This document shows positions 11,901-24,937 of a DNA stretch of 64,000 nt, in pieces. The stretch is taken from the NCBI RefSeq assembly GCF_000143415.4, contig NW_003314343.1, positions 248,813-312,812 on the forward strand, given 5' to 3'. The stretch comes from Selaginella moellendorffii. Its lineage: Eukaryota; Plantae; Lycopodiophyta. The notes under the pieces were generated by a model. That model was given only the letters and a program-made list of their open reading frames with translations, was not told where the DNA came from and did no database searches. A program made the position numbers and the translations under genes. The first letter of the stretch is position 1, and every line of letters begins with the position of its first letter.

Positions 11901-14219
11901 AGAACCAAGATTTTCGATGCTCTACTTGCAAGCTCGGCTTTTTGGTCGCGGTCATACTTCGCAAATTGTGCTACTTGAGTTTTCAGCTGAACTATTTGAT
12001 CCTTCTCAAACTTCCGCTCTATTGAATCGTCACCTCCAGCAGTACTTGGAGACTAACCAGAAATAGTTCTTTAGCGAAGGAAACAATGAAAAAAAAGAAG
12101 AATAGAGCTACCTTCCAAGACTTTTGCATCTCTTTGAATAAAAGTGCACATTGATCTTCAGACGCTTTCAATGACTTTTTCAGCATTTCTACTTCGATCC
12201 TGAGCTCTTTGTTTTGCTCTTCGTAAATCTGTTCACACATCATGGTAGATGAGTATTTATGCTGCATACAAACGGCATACCCTGTTTTGTAAAGTTCGGG
12301 ACGAATCATTGCAGAATTTTGCGATCTTGAGCCATGCCTTCGTCACATCAAGACTCACATCGCTTGGACTGATGTTCAGTATCAATAGCGTCTTTGAGTC
12401 CCCACCTACATACAAATGCAAGCTATTCACGACTTATCAACTTGACAAGAAGTACCTACCTAGGGAGTCCGATAAAATTCTCGCTAGCTTCGAATTTGCA
12501 TATGGTACATGGTCCCTTTTAGAGACGAGAGCAGATATGACTTCAACTAGTCTGAGTGAACGAATGATTAGAACAAACTCACAGATCAACAAACTGTGGG
12601 AGGATACTCACGATGAAAAGCACGGGCTAACTCCTTCAGTAGTCATTTGCTGCTCGGTTCCAGGTACATCAACAAGGGACAGCTTGCTATACTGCTTTTC
12701 ACCAGTGGAACTGTTCGAGTATCCTACGTGAATGGTGACAGTCCTTAAAAGACAGAAGACTAAATGTTAGAAGAAACACGAGACAGAATAGAGGAGACAC
12801 ACACAGGCATGGAGAGCTCATGTTCTTTGCCTTGAAGTCGTTTATTTGCTGGTTTTGTAGCCCGGTCTTGAAGATTCTAGCAAAGCTTGAAGGATTCTCG
12901 GCTTCAAGCTGCACTAGCTCTACAGAAGATTCCATCTGAATCTTATTAACAGGACCTTCCGCAACAGTTGCTACGTTTGCAAGCAAGTCTTGAACCTGAA
13001 ATTTCTCAGAATTAAGTACCTGAAAATTAAAAAGAAATTGTCACCTGGTCGTTACAGAGCTCAAACATGGTCACATAGAACGTGAACTTGGACGAAGGGG
13101 TAGCTTCTCCATTCGACAGATCGAAAAGCTCCTCGAAGGCTCGGAAGTACATGCCTCTGTCATGGCTCGGCCCCTCCTGCGGGAATGCAAAGGTAACTAA
13201 CACAGAGCAAGTTTACAACGCTCCATTACCAGTGTGTAAGTTTTGCCAGAGCCAATAGAACCACACGCAAATATTGAAACATTATAGCCATCTAGCGCCG
13301 ACTGTACCAAAGGCTGGATATCTTGGAAGAACTCTCCTGGAAAACATGGGAAGGGAAAAGCCAATTCAAGAGAAGGCAAAAAGAAAAAGCGTATTAGACC
13401 TTGTGAAGTACGAGGTTCGTATACTCGATCAAAACGAAACTCCACAGGCTGGAGCCGGGAGGACTTTTCACCCGCTCGGTTGATGATAACGGTGCACTCG
13501 TCAGGAAACGAAAGTGCCGTACTCGTTTCATCACTAAGCTTTGGACGAGCACGAACAAAAACTCTAGTACTTCCTGCAGCCACAAAAAATAAATTGTGGT
13601 CACCCTGTTGCTTTCTCGCTTTGGCCGTACCTTTGCTAGACACTAGTTCGTTGAAATGTAAACACTTTTCTTTTCTCAAAATGGCGAGCCTAAGTTCATA
13701 CTCCGCTGTCGTCCGATCTACAAGTTAACCACAAATTAAACTCCAAGTGAGAGACAAAACAAGAACTTCGTTACCGAGCTTGCGCGTTTTGTCCGCGAGA
13801 ACACCAAGATAGCGAGTTACTCGATCGAGCTTTACACTGGAGTACTCCTGTAGATCATTAGCTTCTTGTCTGATCTCTAGAAACTCGCTCCGAGCCCTCT
13901 GACGAAACACGAATCGACCACTCAGAAGACCGACTTGACAAACAGAAGGAAAAAGAGGGGAAGGGCATACCAGGAGCTCTTCCCTCAGTTTCAAGAGCTT
14001 GCTGGAAAGCTGTTGCTGCTGCTGCTGCTGCTGTTGCCTCTCGTCAGTGCTGTTGAGATGAGCCGGCAGCGAGAGCCTCCGACCACCCTTCACCGTCAAG
14101 GCATGCAAATCGTCTCCATCCTCGTCACTCCACAAGGTGCTATTCGCCGCGGAAGAACTCCTGGGCTCAAACGCTGGCACTTCCCAGCTCCAGCTCCGGA
14201 ATGCCGACGACTCTCCCAT
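8998..14219 (-). CDS. KAC: Kinesin-14 KAC/KCA-type (kinesin-like protein for actin-based chloroplast movement), many exons
   Basis: N-term 'WSWEVPAFEPR' and 'RQEANDLQEYSSVKLDRVTRYLGVLA'. Motor domain with 'FQDIQPLVQSALDGYNVSIFACGSIGSGKT'. C-terminal KAC-specific blocks 'TPAGEYLTSAL', 'AGATREHE', 'VHTPAGELQR', 'ARTADGTRARYSRLYKTLA'. Confidence 0.92.
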
Positions 14220-15169
14220 CCTACACAAAGTCTCCTGCTCTGACGATACAAATCCAAACTTTGAGCAGCGCAGGTAATCCTTCCGGGAGCAATCTGACCG
14301 CCATCGAATTGAGAAAATGGAGCACAACCCAACTCCCAGAGGCCGCTATCCAAATCGCCCAAGAGCCTGCTTAGAATCCCTGTGCATGCCCATGCCGCCG
14401 CTCTTGTCTCTAGCCCCCCATTTCTTCACCTGGCACCTCCTCCTTCCTACTAATCAATCTATCAATCTCCACACCTCACTAATCTCCTGGAGCTGAAAAG
14501 CCAATGATGGTTCATGTCCTGGCTAAAGTCGCTCGCCGGACGAAGAATGTTGAGGCCTTCGAGGTTGCTTAATTATACTTCCTGTGCTGTGATCTTTCTA
14601 CCCCTCATCTTTCTTCCTTGCTACACAAACAATGACCACATCAGTACACAAATGGAACCCACAGGCACGAATCTCACAGTCCAAACCTTTTCTTCGTTTT
14701 CTTTTTTGTGGCAAGCAAATCACCTCATTTTTTTCGTTCTTGAGCGTTCTTTTTTCTTTTGATTGTTTGAATCAGGAAGCCGTGAAAAGCATTCGGATAA
14801 GCAAAATACGCAGGCGCAAAACACCATTCACGTCCTCATCATCAGCAGGTACGCTGTTTGGCACTCGAGCAAACGCGCACACACTGCGACAAGGTACTCC
14901 TCGAATTCGACTACATAGCTACCAACAAGTACAAGAGAAACGCTGGAAATTCCAAGGCCACAAGCATCACCCAACACCCACACTAAACAACAGCAAAAAC
15001 TCTCCTAGACTTAAAACAGCAAAACTAGAAAAACGCTCGCTAATAGTATATATTCATCATCCTACGTATGACAAGAGAGAAAGAAGACACCAGACTCTCC
15101 CCCTTCGCTCTCAAAATGAATCTCCTATGGACTAGTAATGTACATCCCCAGTTCACACTCACTTAACTC

Positions 15170-17830
15170 TCACTTACCCCACGCCACCGAGTCGATCTCA
15201 TCCCGAGCTGCTCTATACAGGTCGAGCCTCTTAGCACAGGCCGTTCGGCGCTCCATCAACGCTGGATCCTCATCGAGCAACTGAGCTAGCTGCTTGCCCT
15301 GCTCGTACAGAAGTGTAAATAAGTTAGCTGCTCCATGCTAAAAGACAACCGTACCTCTTTCTTGCCGACCTGGGTGTAAAAGTTGTCTAGCAGCGACCGC
15401 TTAGCTTCCCGGACCTGGTTGTGCACGACAGCTTTTGGGATTGAGATCCTGATCGTCTCACAGACCATCCAGACGTAGTTTGTGACGTTCGACCCTGTCC
15501 ACAACAAGAAAGTGAGCAAATGAGTAACAACACGAATCCAGACGGGGCACTTACCGATTCTTCTCAAGTGAGAGTCTGTGTACCTATCCATGGTAGTTGC
15601 AGACGGGTTGCCACCCCTATCGAACTCTTGCGGAAGCTTTCTGAAGAACTCCACCGTCAAGTAGCTTGATTCCATGTCGACCAGGCGCAAACAAAACTTT
15701 CGACTTTCCTCCCTGCATCTCTCAAGTGCTTCAATGGCTGCAGCGGCAACTTCGGCTTGTAAAGTTGGAAAGCGTTTCAACTCCTGAAACGCGACTGTGA
15801 GATAAGCATTAAAATGTAAAACACAAAAATATTACCATCGTCTCTCCAATAGCCTTGCGCACCAAATCCTTTAAAACAAAATGGACCTGCAGATGAAAAG
15901 AAATTCAGTACTGGGCAAAGCAAAATGTATTGCAGTTTTAGCAGTGGCTTACCGCGTCAACAACCGCTTCGGCAGGACCTCTAAACAATACTAAAGCGCC
16001 ATCAATAAGCCGTCTATAACCTTGCTCAGGTGCTATCAAGTGTGGCTGATAACCATCAGCTTCCATCACAACCTTTCGTACGTTTTGTATGGACAAATGC
16101 CGATCGAAAGGAAGCTTTTTAAGTGCAGCAGGGAGCTGATTATCAAAAACAGTGTATATGCGTTCACCGCCAGGTCGTCTGAAAAGGAATAGTGAGTGCT
16201 ACTAGAAGATGGTCGAAATTTGAGAAACCAACCCTCCATCGAGATGGGACTTGAAGACTTGATCAAAGGCCCTGCAAAGCTCCAATATCGAGTATAGCTG
16301 CGCCTGGAAAGTGCAAACGTCAGGCAAATACTAATACATAAGACAGACAATTCGTGTTACCCCGGAATCAACAGCGACGGGTTTCCCCAACTGGTTCAAC
16401 TCCATTTCTAGCTCATCGATTGTTTTGTTTATCAACGAAAGAATGCTTGGGATACGCGCCTTTATAAAAGCTTCCAAATGCTGCATATGGTCCTCATTTA
16501 GTCATCAGGAGTCCATACCAAACAGTTCAACTTTGGCTTTACCTTTGAAAGTATCTTTGCAAGGTATTCCGAACCCATGCGACTCGTCAGATGACCGTAA
16601 TCGGCGCTGGAGGAAAAATACTCTCTTTCACGACGCCTGGCAGCTACCATATCCACGCTACGGTTGATATCGGCCTGTGAGCGATTAACAACTCCAACCC
16701 ATGGATGTTGTAGTTTGTATGACCGCCCCTCAAGAACCTGAAGAGTAAAGCGAAAGATTAGTCTCCAGTTAGACACAAAACTCTACGCACGTCAAGAGCA
16801 TTTGTTCCTTTGTCCATCAGATCCAGTTTTGTTAACACACCAAATGTCCGTTCACCTTTACAAGGACATGAAAATAATTATAAAGAACAGCTCAAGACCT
16901 TAGAGTTTACCTGTAGGATCCACTTCTCTTGCTAGCTTCATAGCATCAGATGTTGCAATGTCTTGGTTCGCTGGAGAGATAGCGAGAATGACAGAATTTT
17001 GCTGACAGGAAAAGAAAGAGACCGTTATGTTTCTAACTTGAACCTACATACGAAAACGCATACCTTCTCGACATAAGACCGCACCATGTTTTCTATGTCA
17101 GCAACAATACTGTCTGGCTGACCCTCTGCACAAAAAGCAGTATTGGAGTGAGTTTAAACTTAATAAAAAGCTTTCATCTTACCTATAGCAATTTTTGTCA
17201 ATCCCGGTAAATCAATCAGCGTTAAGTTCACAACTGGACAAGGAGAGCGTGAGTGATTTGTACTCTACTTGAAGCTCAAGTCTAGTTACCATTTGGCGAA
17301 TAGATGCTCAGCTGGATTGGAATGGGAGAAATCTGCTTGCTACGGCCAGTCACTCGATCCGTCTCATCCTGGATCTCTTTCCTCACCAGAGCTGACCAAG
17401 TCGAGTTCCAAAACGCGTTGTTAGAACCTCGCAAAATAAATGAAAAACTCACACGCTCAAAACTCACAAAAATCCGTGAATCGCTTCTTTGGAATGTGCA
17501 AAAACTCGGCATACTCGGCTCCTCCCTCCGTCTTGTGGAGCTGCAGCACCAAGGGCCTCCTGGTCACGATTCCCGATCCCCTGGGCAAGAAATCACGCCC
17601 CACAATGCTCTCCAGCACCGACGATTTCCCAGAACTCTGCACCAGAAATTTCTCACCTCGATCAGCCCCGGAGCACAAGATCAATCACATACCTGGCCAC
17701 CGACAACGACAACCGACGGCAAGGACTCCCAGAGCGTCGGGAGCGAGCTATCGCCGCCATAATCCCCCAGCACAGTGCACGCCTGCTGGATCCGATTCAC
17801 GAGCCCGATGAGGCTCTCCATGGTCGTCAT
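15170..17830 (-). CDS. DRP1: Dynamin-related protein 1 (phragmoplastin-type), many exons
   Basis: '[20 protein letters not shown]', G1 '[31 protein letters not shown]', 'DLPGLTK', '[10 protein letters not shown]'. GED ends '[11 protein letters not shown]'. Confidence 0.95.
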
Positions 17831-18112
17831 GATCTCCGCTGGAACGAGCTGGGATCAGATCGATCGACGAGCGCGAGGAAATGCGATCTTGTTCTCGCCC
17901 GCGCCTTGACCCTCTACCTTCCGCGAAAACCCTAGCGCACCAGCAAAAAATGGAGGACACGGACTTTACTAGACGACTTTACACTTAGCCTTCGGTCTTT
18001 TAGACCGCCTATTTAAATGTGACGCCCGTTTGACAGCTCTAACGGGCATATTCTTTCTACATGAAGACGTGGTGCCGAGTTCGATCCACACCGCGTTGGC
18101 GCCAATCTTCTT

Positions 18113-20440
18113 TTAACTCGAGCTCTCCGTCGTCTCTCCAAGATAGGTGTTGAAGAGAGCTATGTATCCCGCGGAGGAGCCTGGATTAAACTTGATCGCA
18201 AGCTTGGCAGCTCTTCGAGCTCGTCCGAGATCGCCCTGGCTCTTGCAAGCCGCGAGCATTGTCATCCAGGCCAGCGGTCCAATGTTCTCGATCTTGGTGA
18301 GGAGCTTCTCGGCCTCGTCGAGCTGCCCGGCTCGAGCCAAGAGATCCACGATGCAGCGGTAGTGCTCGCAAGTGGGAGCGATGTTGTGATCCTGGATCAT
18401 CGCCAGGAAATAGCTGTAAGCTTCCTCCATGAGCCCAGCGTGGCTGCAAGCCGAGATGACGCTCACGTAAGTCACTCGGTTTGGCTCCAAGCCTTCGTGT
18501 TGCATGCTCCTCACGAGCACCAGCGTCTCGTCTACGTGACCGAGCTGAGCGTAGGCTGCGATGAGCGAGCTCCAGAGTATCACGTCTCGGACTTCCATGC
18601 CGTCGAAGGCTCGCTGAGCTTCAATCACTTTCCCGCACTTGCCATAGAGATTGACGAGGGCGATCCCGACTTCGATGGAGGAACGCAGCTGCTTCTCGGG
18701 AATGGACGCGTGAACCTGTCTGCCTTTGTCGAGAGCTCCCATCTCCGTGCAGGCATCCAGCACCGCTACGTAAGTTATGTTGTTTGGACTTAATCCCGAG
18801 GCCTCTTCCATTTCCTGGTAGAGCTCCCAGGCTTGTTTGGGATGTCCTGTGTGAGCACAAGCTCCGATCATCCCGTTCCAGCAGATGATATCCCTGTGCC
18901 TCACGTTGCCGAAAATTCTGCGAGCTTCCTCTATAGTCCCAAACTTCCCGTGCATGGCCACCAGCGCGCTTCCCAGGATTTCATGAAACTCATCCCCTCT
19001 CTCCGCGATAAAACCGTGAACGAGCTCCACTTCCTTGAGGCTGGCAGCAGCGTTGAGCGCGTGAGCCAAAGTCGCCCGGTCTGGTTCTCCGCCCTCGCAG
19101 AGCATTAGCCTAAACAGTGTCTTGGCCATGCTCGTCTGCTCGTGCTGGATGTAAGCCGATATCATCCCGTTCCAAGAGATGGTATCCCTCACCTCCATTC
19201 CCGAAAAAATCCTTTCCGAGACCTCCAAGTTCCCGCAAGCATCGTACATGCTTATGAGCGCGTTCGCGACGGAGACATCCCTCTCGAAACCGCATTGAGC
19301 TGCGGCAAAATGAAGAAAGCGAGCGTCAGTAAGCTGCGACCTCTTCGTGCAAGAGCTCAGGATCGTCATGAAAGTTACCTTAGTCGGCTTAAAGCCATGC
19401 TGGAGCATCTCGTGGAACAAGCTCACAGCTCTCTTGCAGCTCCCGTGCTGGATTAGAACCGTCATCATCGAGTTCCACGACACAACTGTGCGCTCCTCGA
19501 TCGCCTGGAACGCATCGCAAGCGCCCTCGAGTCTCCCACACCTGCCATACAAGTTGATGAGAGCAATCCCAACAGCGTAGTTCAGGGTGGTCATCCCACT
19601 TTGCACCAAGCTCTGGTGGATCGACATACCTCGCTCCAGAGCTTCGATCCGAGCGCAAGCGTTGAGAACAATCCCGAGAGTGAGATGCTTTGGCGATAGC
19701 CCCTCGAGCAGCATCCGCTGGAAGAGATCCAGAACGTCGGCCTCGCAGCCCTGGTACCTGGAGCAGGCCGAGATTGCGATGCTCCAGGAGACGAGGTCTC
19801 TCAAAGGCATGCTGTAGAACACCGCCTTGGCATCGAGCAAGCTTCCGCACTTGCCATACATGCTCACCAGCGTGTTCCCGACTGCTATCTCGCAATCCAC
19901 CTGGCTCTCGGCAGCACACAGATGGATCAAAGCTCCATCTCGCAGCTCCCGGGGGCTGGAGCACGCCGTGAGCGCATTGATGATGGTCACCTCGCTCGGC
20001 CTCACCCCTTCCAGCATCATCGCCTTGAACAAACGAAGCGCGACTCCCTGATGCCCGGCTTGGGCATATCCGCCGATGAGCATCGTCCACGCCACAGCTC
20101 CCCTCTCGCGGAGACGATCAAACACTGTTTTTGCGATCTCGACGCTCTCGCACTTGCAATACATGCTGAGGAGCGGGATTCCCACGCTCGGATCCCTGTC
20201 CAGCTGATCCAAGCCCGCCAAGTGTGTGTGGAAGCGCTTCCCTAGTGCAAGCCCCTTGAGCCGTCCACAGGCCTGGAGAATGCGCGCCCAATCTTGCTGC
20301 GGCAAGGAGCTCGCGCGCGCGGCATTGCGATCGAGATCATCCAGCACGGCCTGCAAATCCCGGAAATCCTCGACTGGATGCCGGAGAAGATGAATGTACT
20401 TCACGAATCCCCACGGCGCCTTCTCTCTGCGCGCGAGCAT
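18113..20440 (-). CDS. PLS-class pentatricopeptide repeat protein with E-type tail (no DYW), intronless
   Basis: 775-aa ORF with repeated 'NTLVSMYGKCGSL..A..VF', 'VSWNSMM', 'SVISACSHAGLMEEA', 'EHYRCIVDLLARAGQLDEAE'. Confidence 0.93.
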   Translation of the reverse strand: MLARREKAPWGFVKYIHLLRHPVEDFRDLQAVLDDLDRNAARASSLPQQDWARILQACGRLKGLALGKRFHTHLAGLDQLDRDPSVGIPLLSMYCKCESVEIAKTVFDRLRERGAVAWTMLIGGYAQAGHQGVALRLFKAMMLEGVRPSEVTIINALTACSSPRELRDGALIHLCAAESQVDCEIAVGNTLVSMYGKCGSLLDAKAVFYSMPLRDLVSWSIAISACSRYQGCEADVLDLFQRMLLEGLSPKHLTLGIVLNACARIEALERGMSIHQSLVQSGMTTLNYAVGIALINLYGRCGRLEGACDAFQAIEERTVVSWNSMMTVLIQHGSCKRAVSLFHEMLQHGFKPTKVTFMTILSSCTKRSQLTDARFLHFAAAQCGFERDVSVANALISMYDACGNLEVSERIFSGMEVRDTISWNGMISAYIQHEQTSMAKTLFRLMLCEGGEPDRATLAHALNAAASLKEVELVHGFIAERGDEFHEILGSALVAMHGKFGTIEEARRIFGNVRHRDIICWNGMIGACAHTGHPKQAWELYQEMEEASGLSPNNITYVAVLDACTEMGALDKGRQVHASIPEKQLRSSIEVGIALVNLYGKCGKVIEAQRAFDGMEVRDVILWSSLIAAYAQLGHVDETLVLVRSMQHEGLEPNRVTYVSVISACSHAGLMEEAYSYFLAMIQDHNIAPTCEHYRCIVDLLARAGQLDEAEKLLTKIENIGPLAWMTMLAACKSQGDLGRARRAAKLAIKFNPGSSAGYIALFNTYLGETTESSS

Positions 20441-20739
20441 GAACCCTAAAATCTCACAGAATATTTCAGTTTATTCTAAATAATAATTGGTAAAATAAAA
20501 TATCATTTTTAACTTTTAAAATTTAATTCTGTAAGTGTTGGTTAGGCTTCAAATTTATAAAGTAGTTATTTTTTGCATTTTGCAGGGCAATTTCATTTTA
20601 CCTTTCTTGATTGGAAGGGTGAATATTACAATTGTCCTTCATTGTGCAAAATAAAAATTAACTTCCTAATATATAGATATTTATATAAAAATTTCTTTTA
20701 ATACAATTAATTCAATCACAATGCTAGGCATTATAAATA

Positions 20740-22480
20740 TACCCTTAGTTGATCTTGTTGTAGTCATCCATCACCACATAAATAAATGAGCATAAAATCA
20801 TTTAAAGTTTCAATTTTTAAAAATCTTGAAATAGTTTTAAATTGATTTTGATAAGAAAATCCATGTTCAACACAAACAATATTCATAAGTAACAAAGAGA
20901 TAATTTTCCATAATTCCATCAAATTAGAGTACATATCTATTATACAAATATCATTTTTGCTATGAGCTTCTGGAAACATTCTTTGAAAAAATTGATTTAC
21001 CCTAAAAAATAAAAATGTTCCATTCTTAACTGTTTTTCACGTGTCTTTATCTCCACCATTAAACTCAAAAAAAATCTTAATTGAACATGTCACCCTTGCT
21101 CTTTTAAATATAGAAGGATTATGCAAATATCATTTTTGCATATTTGCCAAGCCATGAGCCCATGTTTTGTTAATAGATTACTTAACATAACAATTATAAA
21201 TTTTGTGAGTTTTCCTTTACATTTTTCCCCATCTACAAAAGCACTATATTGGTTTAATAATATATTTGGCCATTTGTAATAGTTGTTATTCAATTCTTCC
21301 TTAATTTTTTGGATTAAATAATTTTGTAGCATTGAACATAGTTATATCTTTTCCCATTTTGGTTAGTATATTAACATATAGTTTTTGAACACACTCATTA
21401 CTTAAATCTAAGCAAAAGCTCAACCTACCATCTCTTTTGCTATTTGGAATAAGAGTATAATTTAATATATATTCATGTTGTTCCCCTCTAACATCTACAA
21501 ACTTAATAAATCTATCTTTAATAACCTTTACAAAATTACTAAAGTATTTCACACCAAGAGTCTCTTTTAGAAGTTTCTTTTAATACTTTTCAAGTATCAT
21601 CTAAATACCTAGCAACATAATTTATCTTGAAAGATTTTATTAAAACTATTCAATTCAAGAAGTATATTAGCTAGCATATGAATAGCAAATTGCAATATAT
21701 AATTTGTCAAAAGCTAGTATATCTTCATAAAAGAAAATTAAAATTCTGTAAGAAAAGTTGACATTATGATGATCATTCTCTCTAAGACTTCCTTATGAGA
21801 TAACTAATGTATCATTACATCTTCCAATAGGAAATGCATGCATTTCCTAAGTTTTATCTATGAGCTAAGCAATGCACTCAAAGAAAGTGTGGAATATCCT
21901 ATTTCAGATTGTTCTTCAAATATAACAAAAGCTCTATTAGTTTCAATAGCAATATATTTTCCCTCTTCAAGGTCATCTCTTTTAAAACCTTTTTGATGGT
22001 TTTATATTTACTTATAGAATCTTCATCTAACATCAATTTTAGAAAGCAAGTTTTATTTAGACTTTTTCTTCTTCTTGCATATGGAAAAAGATGTATATGA
22101 TAAAATGAACTTCTAAACTTCTATTAGCATTATCATCCACCATAATAGAAAAGTAAAGACTGACTTGAATATCATGGCAAAAACCTTTCCATAACATATT
22201 TTTATGCATTTTATAAACTTTTTCCCATTCATAGCATTTATATAAGTCTCATTCTCTATAGTGAATGGTATATAGGCTAATAGGAGGGAGAAAAGAAAGA
22301 TAAATCAACAGTATATAGCAAGGCAAGAGCTTCATGATTCCTTATTTAGTGAAGGACTTGAGATCAGATTAAAGGATGAAGATCTTTAACAATAGAAGAA
22401 AAAATTGATACTTCAACCAATAAAAAGAAGAAGAAAAATAAAATATTCAAAATTGAGAGGAAATTCAATTTTCCTTAAGT
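20740..22480 (-). mobile_element. Decayed hAT-superfamily (ZNF862/C17orf113-like) transposase relic
   Basis: AT-rich broken frames include 'FSIMVDDNANRSLEVHFIIY' (first catalytic D region) and 'LWKIISLLLMNIVCVEHGFSYQNQFKT..RFLKIETLNDFMLI' (hAT C-terminal dimerisation domain). Many stops. Confidence 0.65.
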
Positions 22481-22870
22481 TTATCCTATGGTGGCAAGTA
22501 GAGGATGAAGTACAACATGTGTACTAAAAAGGATAATCTTTTTCATAAAGATGGTTCTTTGATTCTTCAAAAACCAACTTTGAAAGAGTAGAACAATTCT
22601 CAACAATATTAATTGGCTATAACTATTTGGGGTTATCTATCCCTAAGGATCAACACAAGAACAAATTAATTTCCACAATCAATCTATGAATCTAGTAGGT
22701 TTATGAGAATGCACAATAGCACATTTCCCATTTGCCCTAGACCTAATCCACATCAGCTTCATTGAATTCAAGTGGTTAGACCCAGGATATTCTTACAATA
22801 TTCTTAATAATATTTGATAGAATATTATCTGTGTTACAATGTACAAGTTTGCTTTGGGAACACTAAAATA

Positions 22871-22968
22871 CTTTTGTACCTCATTAGTGCAAAGTGAAAA
22901 TTAAACATGTCCTTCAAGTAGCAAGGTAAAAGTGAAAATTGAACATGTTCTTCAAGTAACAAAGTAAA
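22871..22968. repeat. Short tandem duplication (about 38-bp unit, 2+ copies)
   Basis: aaagtgaaaatt(a/g)aacatgt(c/t)cttcaagta(g/a)caa(g/a)gtaa repeated head to tail. Confidence 0.7.
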
Positions 22969-23469
22969 TTAGAAACCAACTTCGAAATGCCAAAGTAAAT
23001 ATACCTTTGCAAGGCTTTGCAGGGTGTAAATTTGAGGCCTAGCGCCAGCCACTCTTTTATATTAGGGCTCTTATGATAGCTATGGTGGCCTTTTCTCCAG
23101 TTTAGTCTAATGTTTCAAATTTATGGTTGAATTGTTCCAATTACTGCTCCAATTAAAACTTCAATTAGAGTTCCAATTGGTGTTTTATCACTCCCCACCT
23201 CAGCCACTGCCACCGTTGCCACCACCATTGTGGTAAGACTTTGAGTGGTTCTTTCACCAGCCGCCATTGTCATAGGGCTTAGAGTGGTTCTTCTTTCACC
23301 AGCCGTTGCCACTGCAACCACCGGACCTCAGCAGTTGTTGACCTGGTTAACCAAGTGCATGTCCAGCATCTCCCCCAGCTCTAATCCAGCACCAAATGAA
23401 TCTTTTGCTTTCCATTTTATAACTGTATCTCTGAGATAGGTGAAGATTCCCTGGAATGTGAACAGTCTT

Positions 23470-24855
23470 ATTCTGGAAACTTGCAAGAAATGCTAAATGC
23501 ATGATAATTCGTCCATCCCCACCCATGAGGTAATGCTTCCATATGCGTAAACAAAGTAGTGTCCTCATCACAGAGGACTTGGATGGATTCAGAACTGGAA
23601 CAAAGTTAAGACAAGACATGCTTCGACACATCAAAGCTGTGTGACGCTGCCTGATTCCAAACAAATGAAGTGTTCTTTCCCAGCAAATTAGTAAGTGGAC
23701 CTGCAGAGATTAATCTCTTGCATTGGATCCGCTCCCTTTTCTCGACAATGGAATTCATGTGTTTTGACATGCCAATGTGTACGAGAATAAATCAAAATAT
23801 CATCCAAATACACACACCTTGCTGAAGATGCTTCGAAAAAAATTGTGCATAGCTGCCATGAAAGTTGCTGGGGCATTTGTCAATAAAAACAATCTTTTCA
23901 TGGCCTTCTTTGATTCTTATTTGATGATATAAAGAATTGCAAGCAATCCAACAAGTCGTCTATGCACAGCAGTGGATATCGATTCTTGATATAAGAGCTC
24001 GGTAATCTACACAAAGACTCATCCCTTTTCTTAACAAAGAGAACTGGTGCACCAAAAGGGCTTTGGCTAGGTGAAGGTGGAGCTCGACTCTGCATGAGAC
24101 ACTCAATAAAAGGGGCTCAGAAAACAGGACTAGCACCTGGCTCTTTGTTCTATGGTGTGATCCACAATTTAGTGAGGTGGACTTGAGTCCTGAGAAATCA
24201 AGTGCATTTATAGCACAAAACACTCAGAGCCTTTTCTTACCATCTTTATTGCTTGAGTAGCAGTCATAATCTGTAGATCATGCTTGGCTTGCATTTCATA
24301 CTTCTTGCCAGCAACTTTCAGTTTCCTCAGATGGCGTCACTAGCTAATAAATGGATGTAGCCATTCTTGGCCAATTATCATATCCAGATGAGTGAGCTCC
24401 ATCACAACAAACGAGTCAGCTAGGTGAACTGTTTGACCTTTATCTTAGAGGAAGCAAGCCTCTAGACGTTCGGGTAATCATCTAAGCTCTCACTATATGG
24501 AGAACCTGACCTACAGATTTATGCAAGAAACCTGAGTCGATTAATACCAGCACCTGGTGGCCTTCATAGATCCCAAGATGTCATGATGATTGTGCTTGGA
24601 CCACTCCTACAAACACCAGGTTTGCAGCAGGGCACTTACCACGTTGCTTATAATCTTCCTTTTTAATTTCCTCAGATTTTGGTGCTTCAACTTAATTCAG
24701 TTGTGCCTTTGTTGTTTTCATAGGAATGGTGTCCAGCTTCCCCACAGCTGTAGCAACTTGCCTTCATTTCTATAACTTGCTTTTTGAGCATTTGGAAAGG
24801 AGACCCTTGGGCATGCCCATGACACAGCGACAAGCAAGGTAGCAAAGGAAGGCTC
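23470..24855 (-). mobile_element. Ty3/Gypsy retrotransposon relic (protease-RT)
   Basis: 'PSQSPFGAPVLFVKKRDESL..VDYRAL..IKNRYPLLCIDDLLD' and 'VYLDDILIYSRT' RT motifs, with frameshifts and deletions. Confidence 0.85.
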
Positions 24856-24937
24856 TATCTTTGACATCTAGCTGCATTTGTGACGCTTGTACTGTGATGC
24901 TCCACTGGGACTTGGATTGGAGTCTTCATGAGTGGCT

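Noticed and set aside
18147-20245. Multiple overlapping plus- and minus-strand ORFs in the PPR gene (and in the auxilin and KAC exons)
   Set aside because: Shadow ORFs of GC-rich coding sequence.
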